Source of the DNA: Microthyrium microscopicum
Taxonomy: Eukaryota
Direction of reading: 5' to 3'
Assembly: GCA_010405405.1 (NCBI GenBank)
Contig: MU004238.1
Location: 507,530-571,529, forward strand
DNA length: 64,000 bases
The notes under the pieces were generated by a model. It saw only the letters and a list, made by a program, of their open reading frames with translations. It did no database searches and was not told where the DNA came from. Below are positions 24,171 to 36,783 of the stretch, piece by piece (within the stretch, counting starts at the first letter, position 1; each line of letters begins with the position of its first letter). The position numbers were made by a program, and so were the translations under genes.

Positions 24171-25375
24171 TCAACAAGCAGTGATATTCCCAAAATACCA
24201 CTTATGCGCCCCAATGCTCGGCAACAACGTCCCCGTATTCCCTCCAAAGTTAACCTCCCCACTCAACTCATCAATATCTTTCACCGTGACCACTACATCA
24301 TTCCCTGTCTTGATATGGTACTCCGGACTAATATGTACGTACGCAAAACCTGCGAAGCCGGTATGTACGTCCAAGTTCGGGAAGACGAGGGGTGGGAGAT
24401 TGGGGACTATGTCGTTGGCGTGGGTTAGGCGGTAGTTGGAGCCTTGGGCGGTTATGAAGGTTGAGAGGTGCGTGTCCCCTAGGCGTGGGGATCCGAATGT
24501 ATACTGGGGGAGCTGTTAGAGACGAGGAGGATCTGAGGAGGTTTGCAAGGGGAATAAGTGATGAAGGAGATAGGGTCGGGGGATGTTCGCAGTACTTACG
24601 AGAGAGGCTTTCATTCCCCCTTTTCGAATCTCTGCAGCGCAAAGAGTTGCAATTGCGCCGCCTAGACTGTGACCTGTGACGATGACTTCGTATGTCGGGT
24701 TGGACTTTTTGGTATCATTGAGGGATGCCGTGATGTTGTCTCGGGCCTCGATCCATGATTCCCAGAATCCTTGGTGTACGAGACAGTTTGGACAGAGATC
24801 GGCGTTGACTCTTGTGAGATTTGTATCTGTGATTATGTTTTGGTCGGAGTCGGTTCCTCGAAAGGAAATTACGACGAGTTTATTTGTGTTGTCAACTGCT
24901 ACGAAGCCAGTGACATCTGTGTTTAGGGAACTACACCTGTCAATTGGAAGCGTATGTGGGAATAGAGGATGACTTACTGTTGGAATTCCATTACTGATTG
25001 TGTGTCTGCTTGCTCGACAAGCGGACAGTTGCCTGCTGTACATCTTATCTTTGAGCCAGTAGAGTTGCCGTTATTCACCGAACAGTATGATGCCGCAGCA
25101 TATTGTTCATATAAGTTGAATCTGCCCAGTAAATCTGTGCTCACACCACTGATGGTTTTACCATTGTCTCCTCTCTTGTTTATGATTATTTCGAAAATTA
25201 AATGGCCAATGTACATGAGTAGCACAATGGCTGCCAAACCGCCGAGAATGCTGGAGATCCATATACATGCTATGCAGCATTTCGAGCGCCGTTTCTTTGG
25301 TTTTATTATGGCGCGTTGATTTGGTAACAGTAGATTCGTGTCATCGTGTTCGAGCTTTTCTCTGCGCCCAGGCAT
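24171..25375 (-). CDS. Class 3 lipase (filamentous-fungal type) with N-terminal membrane anchor
   Basis: Exons 25375-24978, about 24936-24600 and 24503-24171. YAAASYC, SFRGT, VHQGF, GHSLGGA nucleophile elbow, YTFGSPR, DIVP and AHKWYF. Confidence 0.93.
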
Positions 25376-27223
25376 GTTGTCCGCTAAGTATAAGGAAGTT
25401 GATATAAGAGAACGGATAAAGCCATGATTATTCCCAGGTGGAAGAGGTGTTGTCGTTATTATCCTCTTTCTTCACGCAGCCAAAAGTTCTAGACTTGTGT
25501 ACTAAGATTTATTAGGCTAGAGATTTCATGCAAAGCCAGCCTCGCCAACTCAGCCCTCTCGGTTACAGAACTTTCGAAAGGGACAAAGTGTGCATTCTGC
25601 TATCGTGACTATGCTCTTTTAGGCTTGGCATGGTGGTCGGGTATTTCAGCCTCACAGATACAGTCTTTGAATGGTGGTGGAGTTGCCGCAGGTGTGGTAA
25701 GCACAGCCCGGATCTATCTAGAATTTTCAGCCCTACAGCAATTGTTCATCGTATAAATAGGCCAAATCAGCTTGAGTAAAAGTAAACAACAATACTGATG
25801 AGGAGAGTGGACGTGTAGTGTGTTGACTGCTGGTAAAATAGAGTATGGAAGGTAGAGTATTGTGTGTGGCGTTACTCTGTATGCTTGCTTTTTGTATTCT
25901 TAGCCGATGACTGTTTCCGACAAGCTTGATAACAGTGTAGAGTCTTTAGGGAGATCATGCGGCCAATACTTACACGCTTCGTGAAAGACATGAGCATGAG
26001 ATAAACAATGGGAGTAAATTCGCTGTATTGTGTATGAACTCGATTCGGAAGCGAAATATATTCGTTTTCGATGCTGCTGCTGCTGCTCAATGCTTGCTGC
26101 GTAGAATTTCGCAATGAAAGGAGCCCCTCAGCGATGGAGATTTCATACACTCGAGTTCCATAGAGTGGGTAGGTACCTAGTAGAGATTTGACGACTCAGA
26201 GAGCCAGAGTAACTTATCATTCGCGCTTACAGATTTTAAGAGCATTTATGGATATTGTTTCGATCCAAGACTCATTCAGTAACAACTGCAGTCGAAATGA
26301 AACTGGTTGGTGAATTAAAGAAAGTATTGTGGCACTTGACTAGTACTGTGCACATCTAATGCTGGCGAAGTGAACATTTCGTCCGGTAACTTTTAGATTG
26401 CAGAGGCCTATATCAGCACTCTAGTAGATCTATAGGAGATTTTTGAGATCTCGATCATTTCCCCGCACCTTATGATAGATTAATTGCAAAGGACAGATGT
26501 AATTGTGAAGGTAAGAAACGTCTTTAGTAAAATCGAGATTCAAGGGATGAATATGAGCGACTGCTATATGCTAAGTAACAAGTAATCCTATAAGAATTGA
26601 AGAACCTCAAAAATTTGTGAAGATGCAAAGGGATGGATCAGAATCAAGTGTGTAACCCAGCATAAGGCTGAGACATTTTGATATCAATGAGGCTGATAGA
26701 AATTGCTGGTGGAGATTTGGTTGGTTTAACGGTAATTGATTTTAGCTCGAGAAAGACAGGGGTCAAATTTAAGGTGAACCAGTCACAAAAACCCAATGGA
26801 CCTGCCAAGCCAATCCCGATCCCTGATTTGTTGTAGCTCAAGTCCTTTTCCATCATGGTGCATCAGAATCTCCATCCGTTTCCTAGAATCCCCTCCCATC
26901 TCTCCCCCCATGATTCTCCTAATTCCTATTCTATATTCCTATAATAATCCTATACGAGCCTTCGTTGTTAATCTTCAGTCTTCACTTGTCGAAACTCAAT
27001 ATTTCACCCTTTGAGCACGCTTACGACCTTTGATCGCATACCAACCAACCCGGCTGAGACTGTTGATAACCCGTAAACGGCCCAAACAAACACAAACCTC
27101 CGATTCATATGAAACACTTAGCTATCCTCTATCTGAAGCTATATGTTTGAAAACTCCAAATCTCAAGTACCATCTATACATTCGGCGCCGACGTATCATG
27201 TACATGACCGAAATCTCGACTCA

Positions 27224-30200
27224 ATGGCGGCTGCAGACAATCAAGCACATGCAGGTACGTTTTTCCAAGCCATTACATGGACCACCCTGCCCTAAGGGGA
27301 GATGCCATGGAAAATAAAGTTACTGATCACGATCGCATTGTCCAGACCAGTCAAATAGGCTGCCAATTTCCCAAGATGCGCAATCTGACGCCCCTGAGAA
27401 ACAGGAAGCGAGTGGTTTGCCTGACGATGTCAGCTCGTCCCAGGTGACCGGACAGAACGGACGGGTAAGTTCCAACAATCCTCTGAGAAATGGTGTAAAT
27501 GATAGTTGTGCTAATATTCATTTCTTGTCGCAGGTACAAGAAGAACTAATACCAAACGCTTCCTCTTCAAGTCCTTCCGTATCACGAACCAATTCTACCC
27601 TTCCCGAGGCGTCACAATCACAAAATACACCCGTGGTTGGGAATCAGACTACAACTGGAGGAGTTAAGGAAAAGAAGTAAGACATGATCCCTATGTTTAC
27701 ATTTCAAGACACTATTTTGTGCCTTCTGCAAAGAATCATGGACCGGATGTGCCGGTTTCTCGTATTCGCTGGTTTCCGCCAACATCCGGTACCAATCAAC
27801 CATGATGTGAACAACTTCAATCACGTTCAACCACGTTTTCTGGTCAGCCTCAAAGCTACTAGCTTGTCTGCGGTTCGATGGTTGTACCGTCGGAATGGTG
27901 GTTGAAACTACCCAATAATGCAGCCTTGCATTTCCGCTTGCTGTTAAGAAAATGCTAACATATCTTCTTTTCCAACAGGAAAGCAGTCTCCTTTCTCACC
28001 AGATTCCTCAACACGAATAAGAAGCGTACATCGACGTTCCCAAACCCCAGCGATCGAACCTCTATAGATAATGACCGTTCTACCTTGTCCTCCTCTAGGC
28101 CGGATGATATGGATTCGTCGATGCTCAAGCAAGATATCGATAACATCGAATTCTCGCCGAGAGTATTGCAGCCCACTGGATACGTGAAGGTTCGATCGAA
28201 GAATAAACAGGAGCGAGAATTTGATAAGCTCTTTCTCGCGCAAGAATTGAAAGTGGATAATAGTAATGGTTCCGTAAATGGTGCTCAAACAAAGGGACCG
28301 AAGGAAAAGGGCGAGCCACCTGATCAGAATGCCATATGGGCAACTGCTTTTAGCCGCGATGGCAAATATCTTGCAGTTGGTGGACAGAACCGCCTCGTTA
28401 CCGTTTGGAGTGTGCTGGGCTCAGTAGACGAAAGAGAGGCTCAAGATGCTGAAGACGAGGGACAAAATCCAACTCAAGGGCGTATACAACTGAGGGCGTC
28501 GGTCTTTAGAAGTACTCCTGTTCGAACTTTTACGGACCACGAAGGCCCGGTCAACGATCTTAGCTGGAGCAAGGTAAAACAAACGCCGTCTGAATTATGA
28601 CTAACGCTAACATTGAACTAGAACAACTTTCTTCTCACGACATCACAAGATCGAACGGTTCGTCTCTATCATCCTTCGCGATCAGAATGTCTCTGCACGT
28701 TTAAACATGCAATGCCTGTTCATGCTATAGCATTTCATCCGAATGACGATAGATTCTTCCTTGCTGGATCCAAGGATTCGAAGCTTCGGCTATGGAGTAT
28801 ACCAGACAAACGAGTAGAATTTTGGGCCAATGTCGGAGATATGATCACGGCAGTCGCCTTTTCTCCAGACGGCAAGACCGCAATGGCAGGAACTGTCGGA
28901 GCAAGTATTAGTATTTATACCACGGAAGGCTTGAAGTTCTCCTCCAGTTTTCAAGTTCGAAGCAAGAAGAAGAGCCGCATAACAGGACTTGAAACAAGTC
29001 TTGTTCACGGCTCTCCAGATGCTGTCAAGATACTAGTCACATGTGCCGATTCTAGAGTCTTGCTCTATAATTTCCGAGATAAAGGATTAGAGCTCAAGCT
29101 CAAAGGGCATAAAAACGACGAGTTGACCATGAAAGCTTCAATCAATGACGATGGTCGCTATGTTATCTGCGGAAGCGAAGACAAGTCGATTTACATCTGG
29201 AGCTTAACAGACACCAACGAGCTCCCAGCCCCAGACAAGAATAAGGATAAAACAATTCAGCGACCCATGGAATTCTTTGAGGCAAATACAGCAAAAACCA
29301 CTTGCGCCATCATGGCCCCCCGCGAGACCAGAGTCATCCTTAACGCTTCCGGCTGCCCCATCTACGACATCTGCAATCCACCGCCTGTACGACTAGTCGA
29401 GCGCGAAGGCAGTATCGCCTCATCAAAACTTAATGACTCAAAAGCAAGTAGCATCAATATCGCCCCACGAACACCAATTCATGCGAAAACATTCCCTTTA
29501 TCACCTGCAACTGACGATACCACAACGCCAAAAACAACTTCCTTCTCTGACGATCTGTTCAAAACAAACCCTTCCTATCACGCCCGCGCCACACACCCGG
29601 ACGGGCACATCCTCATCACAACGTCTATCACTGGTCTAATACGCGTATACCGCCAAGACTGCGCCGTGACCAAACGTCAACGCGTGCTTGACGCCAACGA
29701 CCCACTTAGCAATCGCCGCAGTCTTCTACGGAAAGCCTTTCCTACACCTTCATCGCGCTCCTCCCTTTCAAACGGCGTACCTCCTGCAAGATCTGGCAGT
29801 ATCCGCAGTTTCAAAAACCCAGCCACTCCATCCGTGCGGTCCCTTGCCATCAATGGCAACGGCGAGAACAGGCTGAGCATGTCCCTAGGCGGTGCCGGCG
29901 AACTCGTCGCGCGCTCAAGACGCGCAGAAAGCGGCGCCAGCGGTGCAAGTAGCCAAGTCCCCGCCCGCGACAGGATTGAGCGCTGGCGGGAAGATACCTG
30001 GGCCGGTGAAGGCGTGGATAGGACAAACAGTGTCGCCAGTCTAAGGCGCGCAGATAGTGCCGCTAGTGCGGCGACGAGTGGGAGTTTGGGCACAAGTGCC
30101 TTCCAGTCTGTCCTAGGCGCGAACGAATCGCCTATACGGAGTGGGAGTGGGAAACCTAGCATAACTCTCGATGGAGGCAGCGCAACAAGCACGACGGACG

Positions 30201-30586
30201 ATGGAACGGAGAATGGGCTAGAGATGGCCAGACGGACAAGCAGTATTGCGAATCCATTACGTCTACAGGGTGGCCAGAGTTTTATGTTTTGGAATGTTAG
30301 TCAGTATGGTCCTAAGAAAGAGACGAGTCTTCTTAGGCCGGATGCTAGACAGCGGCCGAGTGAGGCTACTGTCGCGAGCCGCTTGACTAGCGAAGAGTCC
30401 TCGCATGAAGAGTCTATGGAGGAGGAACCTAAGGAAGATGAAGACATTAGTCCGGCTATGATGCGTAAATGTCCGAGATGTGGAGGTATGGAGTTTAGTG
30501 TCAAGGAGTCTAGGAGTTGGACTTTGGGAAAGGTAAAGAGTGTTGTTTGTGAGGGTTGCGGGTTGGAGAGGAAGGATAGTCTGTGA
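27224..30586 (+). CDS. WD40-repeat protein of the WDR44/Rab11BP family
   Basis: Exons 27224-27254, 27346-27464, 27534-27676, 27979-28572 and 28622-30586 splice in frame. REFDKLFLAQEL, DLSWSKNNFLLT, FHPNDDRFFLAGS; C-terminal CPRC..CEGC zinc ribbon. Confidence 0.9.
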
Positions 30587-31294
30587 TCTATGGGACGGGG
30601 TTTTGGGGTACATGGTGCATGTTTGGGTGATGTCTGGTCGATACGAATACGCATATTGGGTTTTGTGGTTAGCGAATGCATATATGGGCAAGATGGGTTA
30701 CATTGGGATATGTGGGTTGAAAGTATCAAGCAGGTGTATCTGCGATGTTTGTCGTGGTTCTTACTATAAGAATGTTGGAACAATCAAAAGCAAAGATCTA
30801 TTAGTATGGTCAAGCTAGTTGGCAACATTATCAAAGTGCTTCCTAACAAGCTAAATCATCGTAATAGCTGTTGGTGATACTGCACAAACAAGTGGAAAAG
30901 GTATAACGTAAAGGGGTGTCTGAATGCTGGGACTTTTCATTCTTACGCTCAAGTTTGACTTTGACACTCGAATGGTCAGATGTTCTGTCAGTCTTCTAAG
31001 TTTCAACCTATCATAATCAAAAAAGTCCATCAGTCAAAGGCAATTAGTTTGACGGTTTACCTTACTTCTTTTGCCACTGGCAGCTCATACTCCAACGGGA
31101 CTGGCGTAGAACTATCCAAAGCTTCACTAAGACTGGGGAATCGGAATGGATGAAACCTCGGCGAGTCTTGATTGAGAACATGCCGTAACGGGATGTCGTC
31201 CTGTACACGTCGCGCAAACTTATAGAGAGAAGATTAGCTCACATCGCGCACGTTTCCTGCTTTGAGATTTTTTCATTGTGTTCATGTGATTCTT

Positions 31295-32880
31295 CTATAC
31301 ACTGATTGTTTTGAATACGCTGTACACACGTTAGTTTATACCCTACATATGTGTGATTTGTGAGAACATACCCAAAGCCATTTGCGCCCGTAGCGACCAC
31401 GACGCCAGGAATTTGTTTATGCCAATGTCCTTCTTTTACATCCTCCATGTAATGCACAAATAGTAGTTGAGGAGGCACATCTCTTACGCCTGCCGTATCT
31501 CTACTCTCCTCGTCGTCCAATTCGACTGCTAGATCCCATAGTGTCATTGTTGAGTCGCCGGCGCCTACTAGCACTATGCTGTCATCTGTTGGATGAAATT
31601 CGAGGCAGGTTATTTGTTCTTTGTGAAATGTGAAGGATGCTACGGGCTCTGGTGTTTGTGTTGCTGCCCCCTTCCAATTCCGTAGATCCCATACACTCCA
31701 TCGTCCATCGTCATGCCCAGAGGCGAGCAGATGTGGTGTGAGATGGGACCACGAAAGCACGTTGACGTCTGTGGTTGATGCTTGGACGGAAATGGCATGT
31801 TGGCGCTTTTTACTGCGCGTGTCCCAGATCTTTACGGTGCCGTCGGTGCTGCCGGATGCGAAGACTGTGCGCTCTTGCGGACTCCAGATGAGTTCTTCGA
31901 CGCTACCGCTGTGGCCCGTGTAAGGCGTCGTATCAGTCACAAAACCGCCGCCGGCAGTCCGTGTGGTTAGGAAGATGGAGCCGGAGTGGTCGCCAGTTAC
32001 TAGACGTCCGTCGTTATGTAGAGGTGACCAGTCAAGTGCGAAACCTTCGTTAGACTTGTGAGCGCGGATGGTGCTTATTGGCTTGTATTGCTGCGGCGTG
32101 ATGACAGTGCCTGGTGTATCAAAAGATGTTAGATGCGGTGTGATATCGTGGATGAGGACTTGGCCCGATTCCATCATCGAGGCCGTGAGAGTTGTGGGAG
32201 GATTTGAGGAAGATGCTTGCGCGTTTTGGTGGGCGCGTATACGATTGGTGCCGCATGTTAACGGGATTGATTTCGTTTCGAGAATAGGGTCTGATTCTTC
32301 GTCGTCAGAATCTTCTTCGTCGGAGGAGGATTCTTGGCCACGGTCCATTTTGCCCAGGCCACTTAATTTCATAACCATGAGCTCGTTCTCCCTCTCTTTG
32401 CCCTTGTCGGCTTGTGTCCCGCCAACGGCGTATATGGTCATGGGGTATGATTTGCGATCTGAGCCAAGATTATCGGGGACGATGTCTATGCTTAAACACG
32501 GCCATGTTGAGCCGAGTGTATGTAATGTTTCGTAAGTTGTGGGATCGGGTGCTAAAACCTCGCCGGCGGAGAGTTTATGTCGTCCAGGTATGAATGTGTC
32601 TTGATCTACGTCCATAGCATCTGGAGCTTGTTAGCAATTTATCAAGTAGCAGATATTGATATCAGACACCCTCGTCAGCTTCTCTCTCTTCATCCGGTCT
32701 TCCATCCACTCCTGCCTCGAATATCTCCTCGTCACTTTCAAATTCATCTTCGAATTCGTCCTCAAACTCTCCAGCGTCCAGCCCTTCTGCGCTTGTGGGT
32801 CTAGGCCGATCTCCAGATTTTAGAGGATTTGATTCCTGATGGCCATTTTCAGGCGTTCTTGGTCGTTTAAGGTTTGACAT
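31295..32880 (-). CDS. RRB1: Ribosome assembly protein Rrb1 (GRWD1)
   Basis: Exons 32880-32670, 32620-31372 and 31319-31295. Acidic EFEDEFEDEFESD, WPCLSIDI, EGFALDWSP, PPQLLFVH and terminal GFGVFKTISV*. Confidence 0.95.
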
Positions 32881-32970
32881 TTTTGTAAGTCTGTAAGTAA
32901 TGAGAAAGACACAGTTTTGCAGTGATGTTGCTGTATCAATTGGTTTCTTTGGGCAGTGGGGCATCGATCT

Positions 32971-32983
32971 CGAAAAAAGTTTT
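32971..32983. promoter_or_regulatory. RRPE-like element upstream of RRB1
   Basis: CGAAAAAAGTTTT about 90 bp upstream of the RRB1 start resembles the TGAAAAWTTTT element of ribosome-biogenesis promoters. Confidence 0.4.
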
Positions 32984-33052
32984 GGCTAGCGTGAGAGGGG
33001 GGTGACATAATCGAAGCTAGCCTTATCGATTACGGAACTGACAGGGGTATCT

Positions 33053-33103
33053 ACGCGTTCCTTCCCAATCCGCAGCGCGCGATTTGGGGCTCTGGTGTCG
33101 CGT
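33053..33103. promoter_or_regulatory. MCB-like sites in the divergent RRB1/TEM1 promoter
   Basis: ACGCGT at 33053-33058 plus nearby CGCGCGA and TCGCGT. Confidence 0.3.
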
Positions 33104-33450
33104 GGTTTTGATTGGTTGCTGGGTCTAGCGCTTTGGTCTGCGTCTTCGTTGGTCAACACTCGATGTTCCTCCGCCTCTACAGCACTCTGCCATTGCTCCA
33201 CTGCAGTACTCCAAACCACCAACAACTCCTTCGTACTCCCGAGCGTATCACGATATATCTGCTCCTTGTACTGCCAATTTCCAGAAACAACTTCTTCCTC
33301 TACTTCTCTAGGCTCGGTACCGTCATTCTCCAAAACCCTGGCCTTCATCTAGATCCTGGGCTCAACGCCCCAATCTCTCCCATTCTCCCTTGCATTTACA
33401 CCACTCTCTCGGGCGCCAACACGCCTAGTCCCCACCTGACCCTTCTCGTT

Positions 33451-34659
33451 ATGAACCCACAGCCATCTCAAGAAGTGGACATGATGGACTCGCACGACGA
33501 AAGTATGAATACCACCATCACCCAATCCACCCTAGCGCATCACCCGGCCCCAGATCATCATCAACAACAACAGCCCCAGCAACAACAACAATCGCAAGCC
33601 TATCCCACCGAATACTCCAACAATGGTTACGCAAACGCGACTCCCGGCGCGCAAGATTCATTAAACAACAGTGCCAACGGAGGCCGCCCATCAACTTCAT
33701 ACTCGGATACTTTTGCGCGATCAGGCGGCTACCAGCAGTACTCGGAGAACGATAGTACCCCGCCTCAATATCGGAATAGCGGAATGTATCAAGGTGGACA
33801 ACAACAGCAGATGATGGGTGGTAGTAAACCGTCATCACGGCCGCCTAGTGCCATGTCTGGAACAATGCAACAGTATGGTCAACAAGCGCAGGAACAGCAA
33901 GGCGGCAAGAACCCAAGTGTGGTCATCAAGGTTGGTATGGTTGGAGATGCGCAGATTGGAAAAACGAGTTTGATGGTCAAATATGTCGAGGGAAGTTGGG
34001 ATGAGGATTATATTCAGACACTCGGTACGATCCGCTCGATACTTTACAACATCTGCATTGGTTCTTCAAAGCTAATAATAATCAGGTGTCAATTTCATGG
34101 AAAAGACCATTTCGATACGGAACACCGAAATAACCTTTTCCATCTGGGATCTCGGCGGCCAACGCGAATTCGTTAACATGTTGCCTCTCGTTTGCAACGA
34201 CGCAGTCGCAATTCTCTTCATGTTCGACCTTACGCGAAAAAGCACACTAAACTCCATCAAAGAGTGGTACCGACAAGGACGGGGTTTCAACAAGACCGCC
34301 ATACCATTCTTGGTAGGCACAAAATACGATACTTTCGTAAATTTTCCTCGGGAAGAACAGGAGGAGATATCAAACCAGGTTCGTACCCGAATGCCCAACA
34401 AATGCAATGGTCCCGAGTACTAATGTTTGTCGTACAGGCAAGACGCTTTGCAAAAGCCATGAAAGCCAGCCTCATCTTCAGCAGCACGTCGCACAGCATC
34501 AACGTGCAGAAGGTAATATAACTATGAAATTGCTGGTATGAATAAGCTAACGTATCTCAGATTTTCAAAATCGTTCTTTCAAAGGCATTCGACCTTCGAT
34601 GCACGATACCCGAAATCGAAAACATTGGAGAACCGCTCCTGCTCTATCATACAGTATAA
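33451..34659 (+). CDS. TEM1: Septation/mitotic-exit GTPase Tem1/Spg1
   Basis: Exons 33451-34024, 34086-34378, 34438-34512 and 34561-34659. [10 protein letters not shown]-loop, [35 protein letters not shown]-rich N-terminal extension. Confidence 0.96.
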
Positions 34660-35216
34660 CGCTCCGCGTTACTCGAAACATAACAACCAAATCCTCAAAA
34701 CCACTAACATGACGTGTAAAATGAAGACGATGCGGTAATGAGAAGTTGATCCTCTAATTGCATGCCTGCGACCATACAAATGCCTCCTTCAAACAAACCA
34801 CTTCCTTTCTCTGATGTGTTCCACTACAAATCAGTAAATTTGAACGAAATTTCGATTGTAATACAGCAGCCGCGAGTCTCTTCCAGAATTTTTCTCCTGG
34901 GGCCACTGGAGCAGCGGGCGAGATCTGTTCTTAGCAGACTGGATTCTATACTCAAGCTGTTTGCTGGTTCGGTGTTGGGAGAGCGTGCATTGAATAGATA
35001 CATTGGGATCGGCTCATTTTCCTTTGTCCTTGTACCGTACTAGTAGGTACTTAGCAATATCATAGCTTGCACTATGGGTTACTTTTCTGTTAAGTGGTGT
35101 GTTTTGTTTGAATCTAGGAAGCAAATCTACTTCAAAACTTTGGATAGTCGCTGGGCTTTCCATAAGAAGCTATATTGGGTTCTGGTAAGTAACGTCCTAC
35201 GATTACGACTAAGCCA

Positions 35217-36783
35217 TTAAGTAGCACGCGACCTCTGAGATAATCCAGTCCCTCCTCCGCTATCTTGCCTATTAGTGTCCTCTTCCAACTCGATACGATC
35301 AAGAAATCCAGGATTAATGATTGGACTATGCAACTCCCCAATCGTCGACATACATGCCGCCGCCGGATCACCACTCGCCTGCAACTTGCCAGCCCAGTAC
35401 TCATTTCCTGGAAACGAATCGCCATCCCAAGCATAACTGACCACCAGCAACTGCTTCCTCTTATCACCGCTCAACTTCTTGGCTGGACTTCGCCCGCTGA
35501 AGATTCCATCAACGCCTTTTTTCGCACTCCTAAGCGTGATAATCCGCTTCTGGTCCACTGTTCTCTTGCCGGGTCCTTCGCCATCCCGGAGAATATGCGC
35601 GGACTCAACCGTGCCAATAGGCCCAAGATCTTCCTGGCCAATCGCCACCCCCCAAACTTCCAAAAACCACCTCATCTGGTTATGATGCATCGCCCAAACA
35701 CCAAGTCCAAAGCCAGCGACATGGACATACGCTGACGTCTTTGCTTTCTGGGCTCGCGAGCTGGCTTCCCAGAGCAACATGTCGACTGTAATCCTCATTC
35801 TTGCCTTATACATAACCTTATCGAACCAACCACCCTTGAAATCTCCATCCGCGGTGTCTCCTCCATCTACAGCATCTTCATCCACAGTGTCCTCACTTCT
35901 CTCTCTCTTCACACGCCCAAAGAACACTTGAAGTGATTTTACCAACTCCTCATTCATAACAACACTCTTCCCCTCCTCACCATCCTGATCCAGATCCTCA
36001 TCCAAAATAAGCAAAGAATCCATCCTATCCGCTCTCTCAAACCTCGCCCCAACCAAACCCACAATGATCCCCCGTTCTTCAAACGTCCCCTCTCTCCCTC
36101 TTTTCCCCTCATTATATCCTCGCCCCTTCATTAACAAGAAAAGTCTCCCCACTAACACCGATCAAACTACCAAGCATTATCTCATCATAGCTCAGATAGT
36201 CCTCCAAACTCAGCTTACTGTGCTTATTATACCGTTCCCTCATCGTGCCCACACGATCCCATTTCTCCGTCGCCTTTTTGATCACACTACCATCCCGTAG
36301 GACAGTATAATCCGTCGCGTTCATGAATACTAAGGGCCGTTTGGCTATCAGGCGGGATATTTGTTGTTGCCAGGTCCAAGCTTCTGTGTACAAGTCCTTT
36401 TCAATAGCACTGCCGTGTTCGCGTTTATGTGTGAGGAAGGCGTCGACGAGGGCGGGATAGCGGTGATGTACGATGATACGTGTACTTTCGGCATCATATT
36501 TGATTTGCGTGGGGGAGAAGTTGGAACGGAGTTGGTGCTGATTGGAAGGTTTTATGCAGAAGTCTTTAAGGCGGAGGAAGAATGGGTTGGAGGGTGGTTT
36601 GGGAACGGGTTTCTTTGCTGGGGAAGTCTTACAGTGGATTTCTGGGTAATTGATTTTTTGGGCGGTGGGCTTTTCTGGAATGACTTTTCGTGGAGATGTT
36701 TTGTTGGAGAGGACTGTTCGGATTGATGGTGTGCTGGTTGTGGCTTTTGGAGTGGGTCCTGATTTAGGAAACACACATCCCAT
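35217..36783 (-). pseudogene. DUF4804/MavL-like macrodomain protein, split by a one-base frameshift
   Basis: ORF1 has RLIAKRPLVF and YLSYDEIMLGSLIGVSG; ORF2 has GLVGARFER, GFGLGVW and YAWDGDSFPGNEYW..SGDPAAAC. Removing one base at about 36117-36119 gives continuous NEGARYNEG. Family name from recall. Confidence 0.75.

Noticed and set aside
25400..27200. Short ORFs and an intron-like GTAAGA..GCTAAG stretch between the lipase and WD40 genes
   Set aside because: No coherent gene model could be assembled; treated as divergent promoter or intergenic DNA.
27677..27978. TPP riboswitch in the long WD40 intron
   Set aside because: The CUGAGA and GAUAAU..GCG core motifs are absent and the host gene has no thiamine link.
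33112..33450. GTG-initiated N-terminal extension of TEM1 in the ORF track
   Set aside because: Pyrimidine-rich leader-like sequence; the ATG at 33451 is the more plausible start. Likewise for the TTG extensions at 22146, 43752 and 57186.
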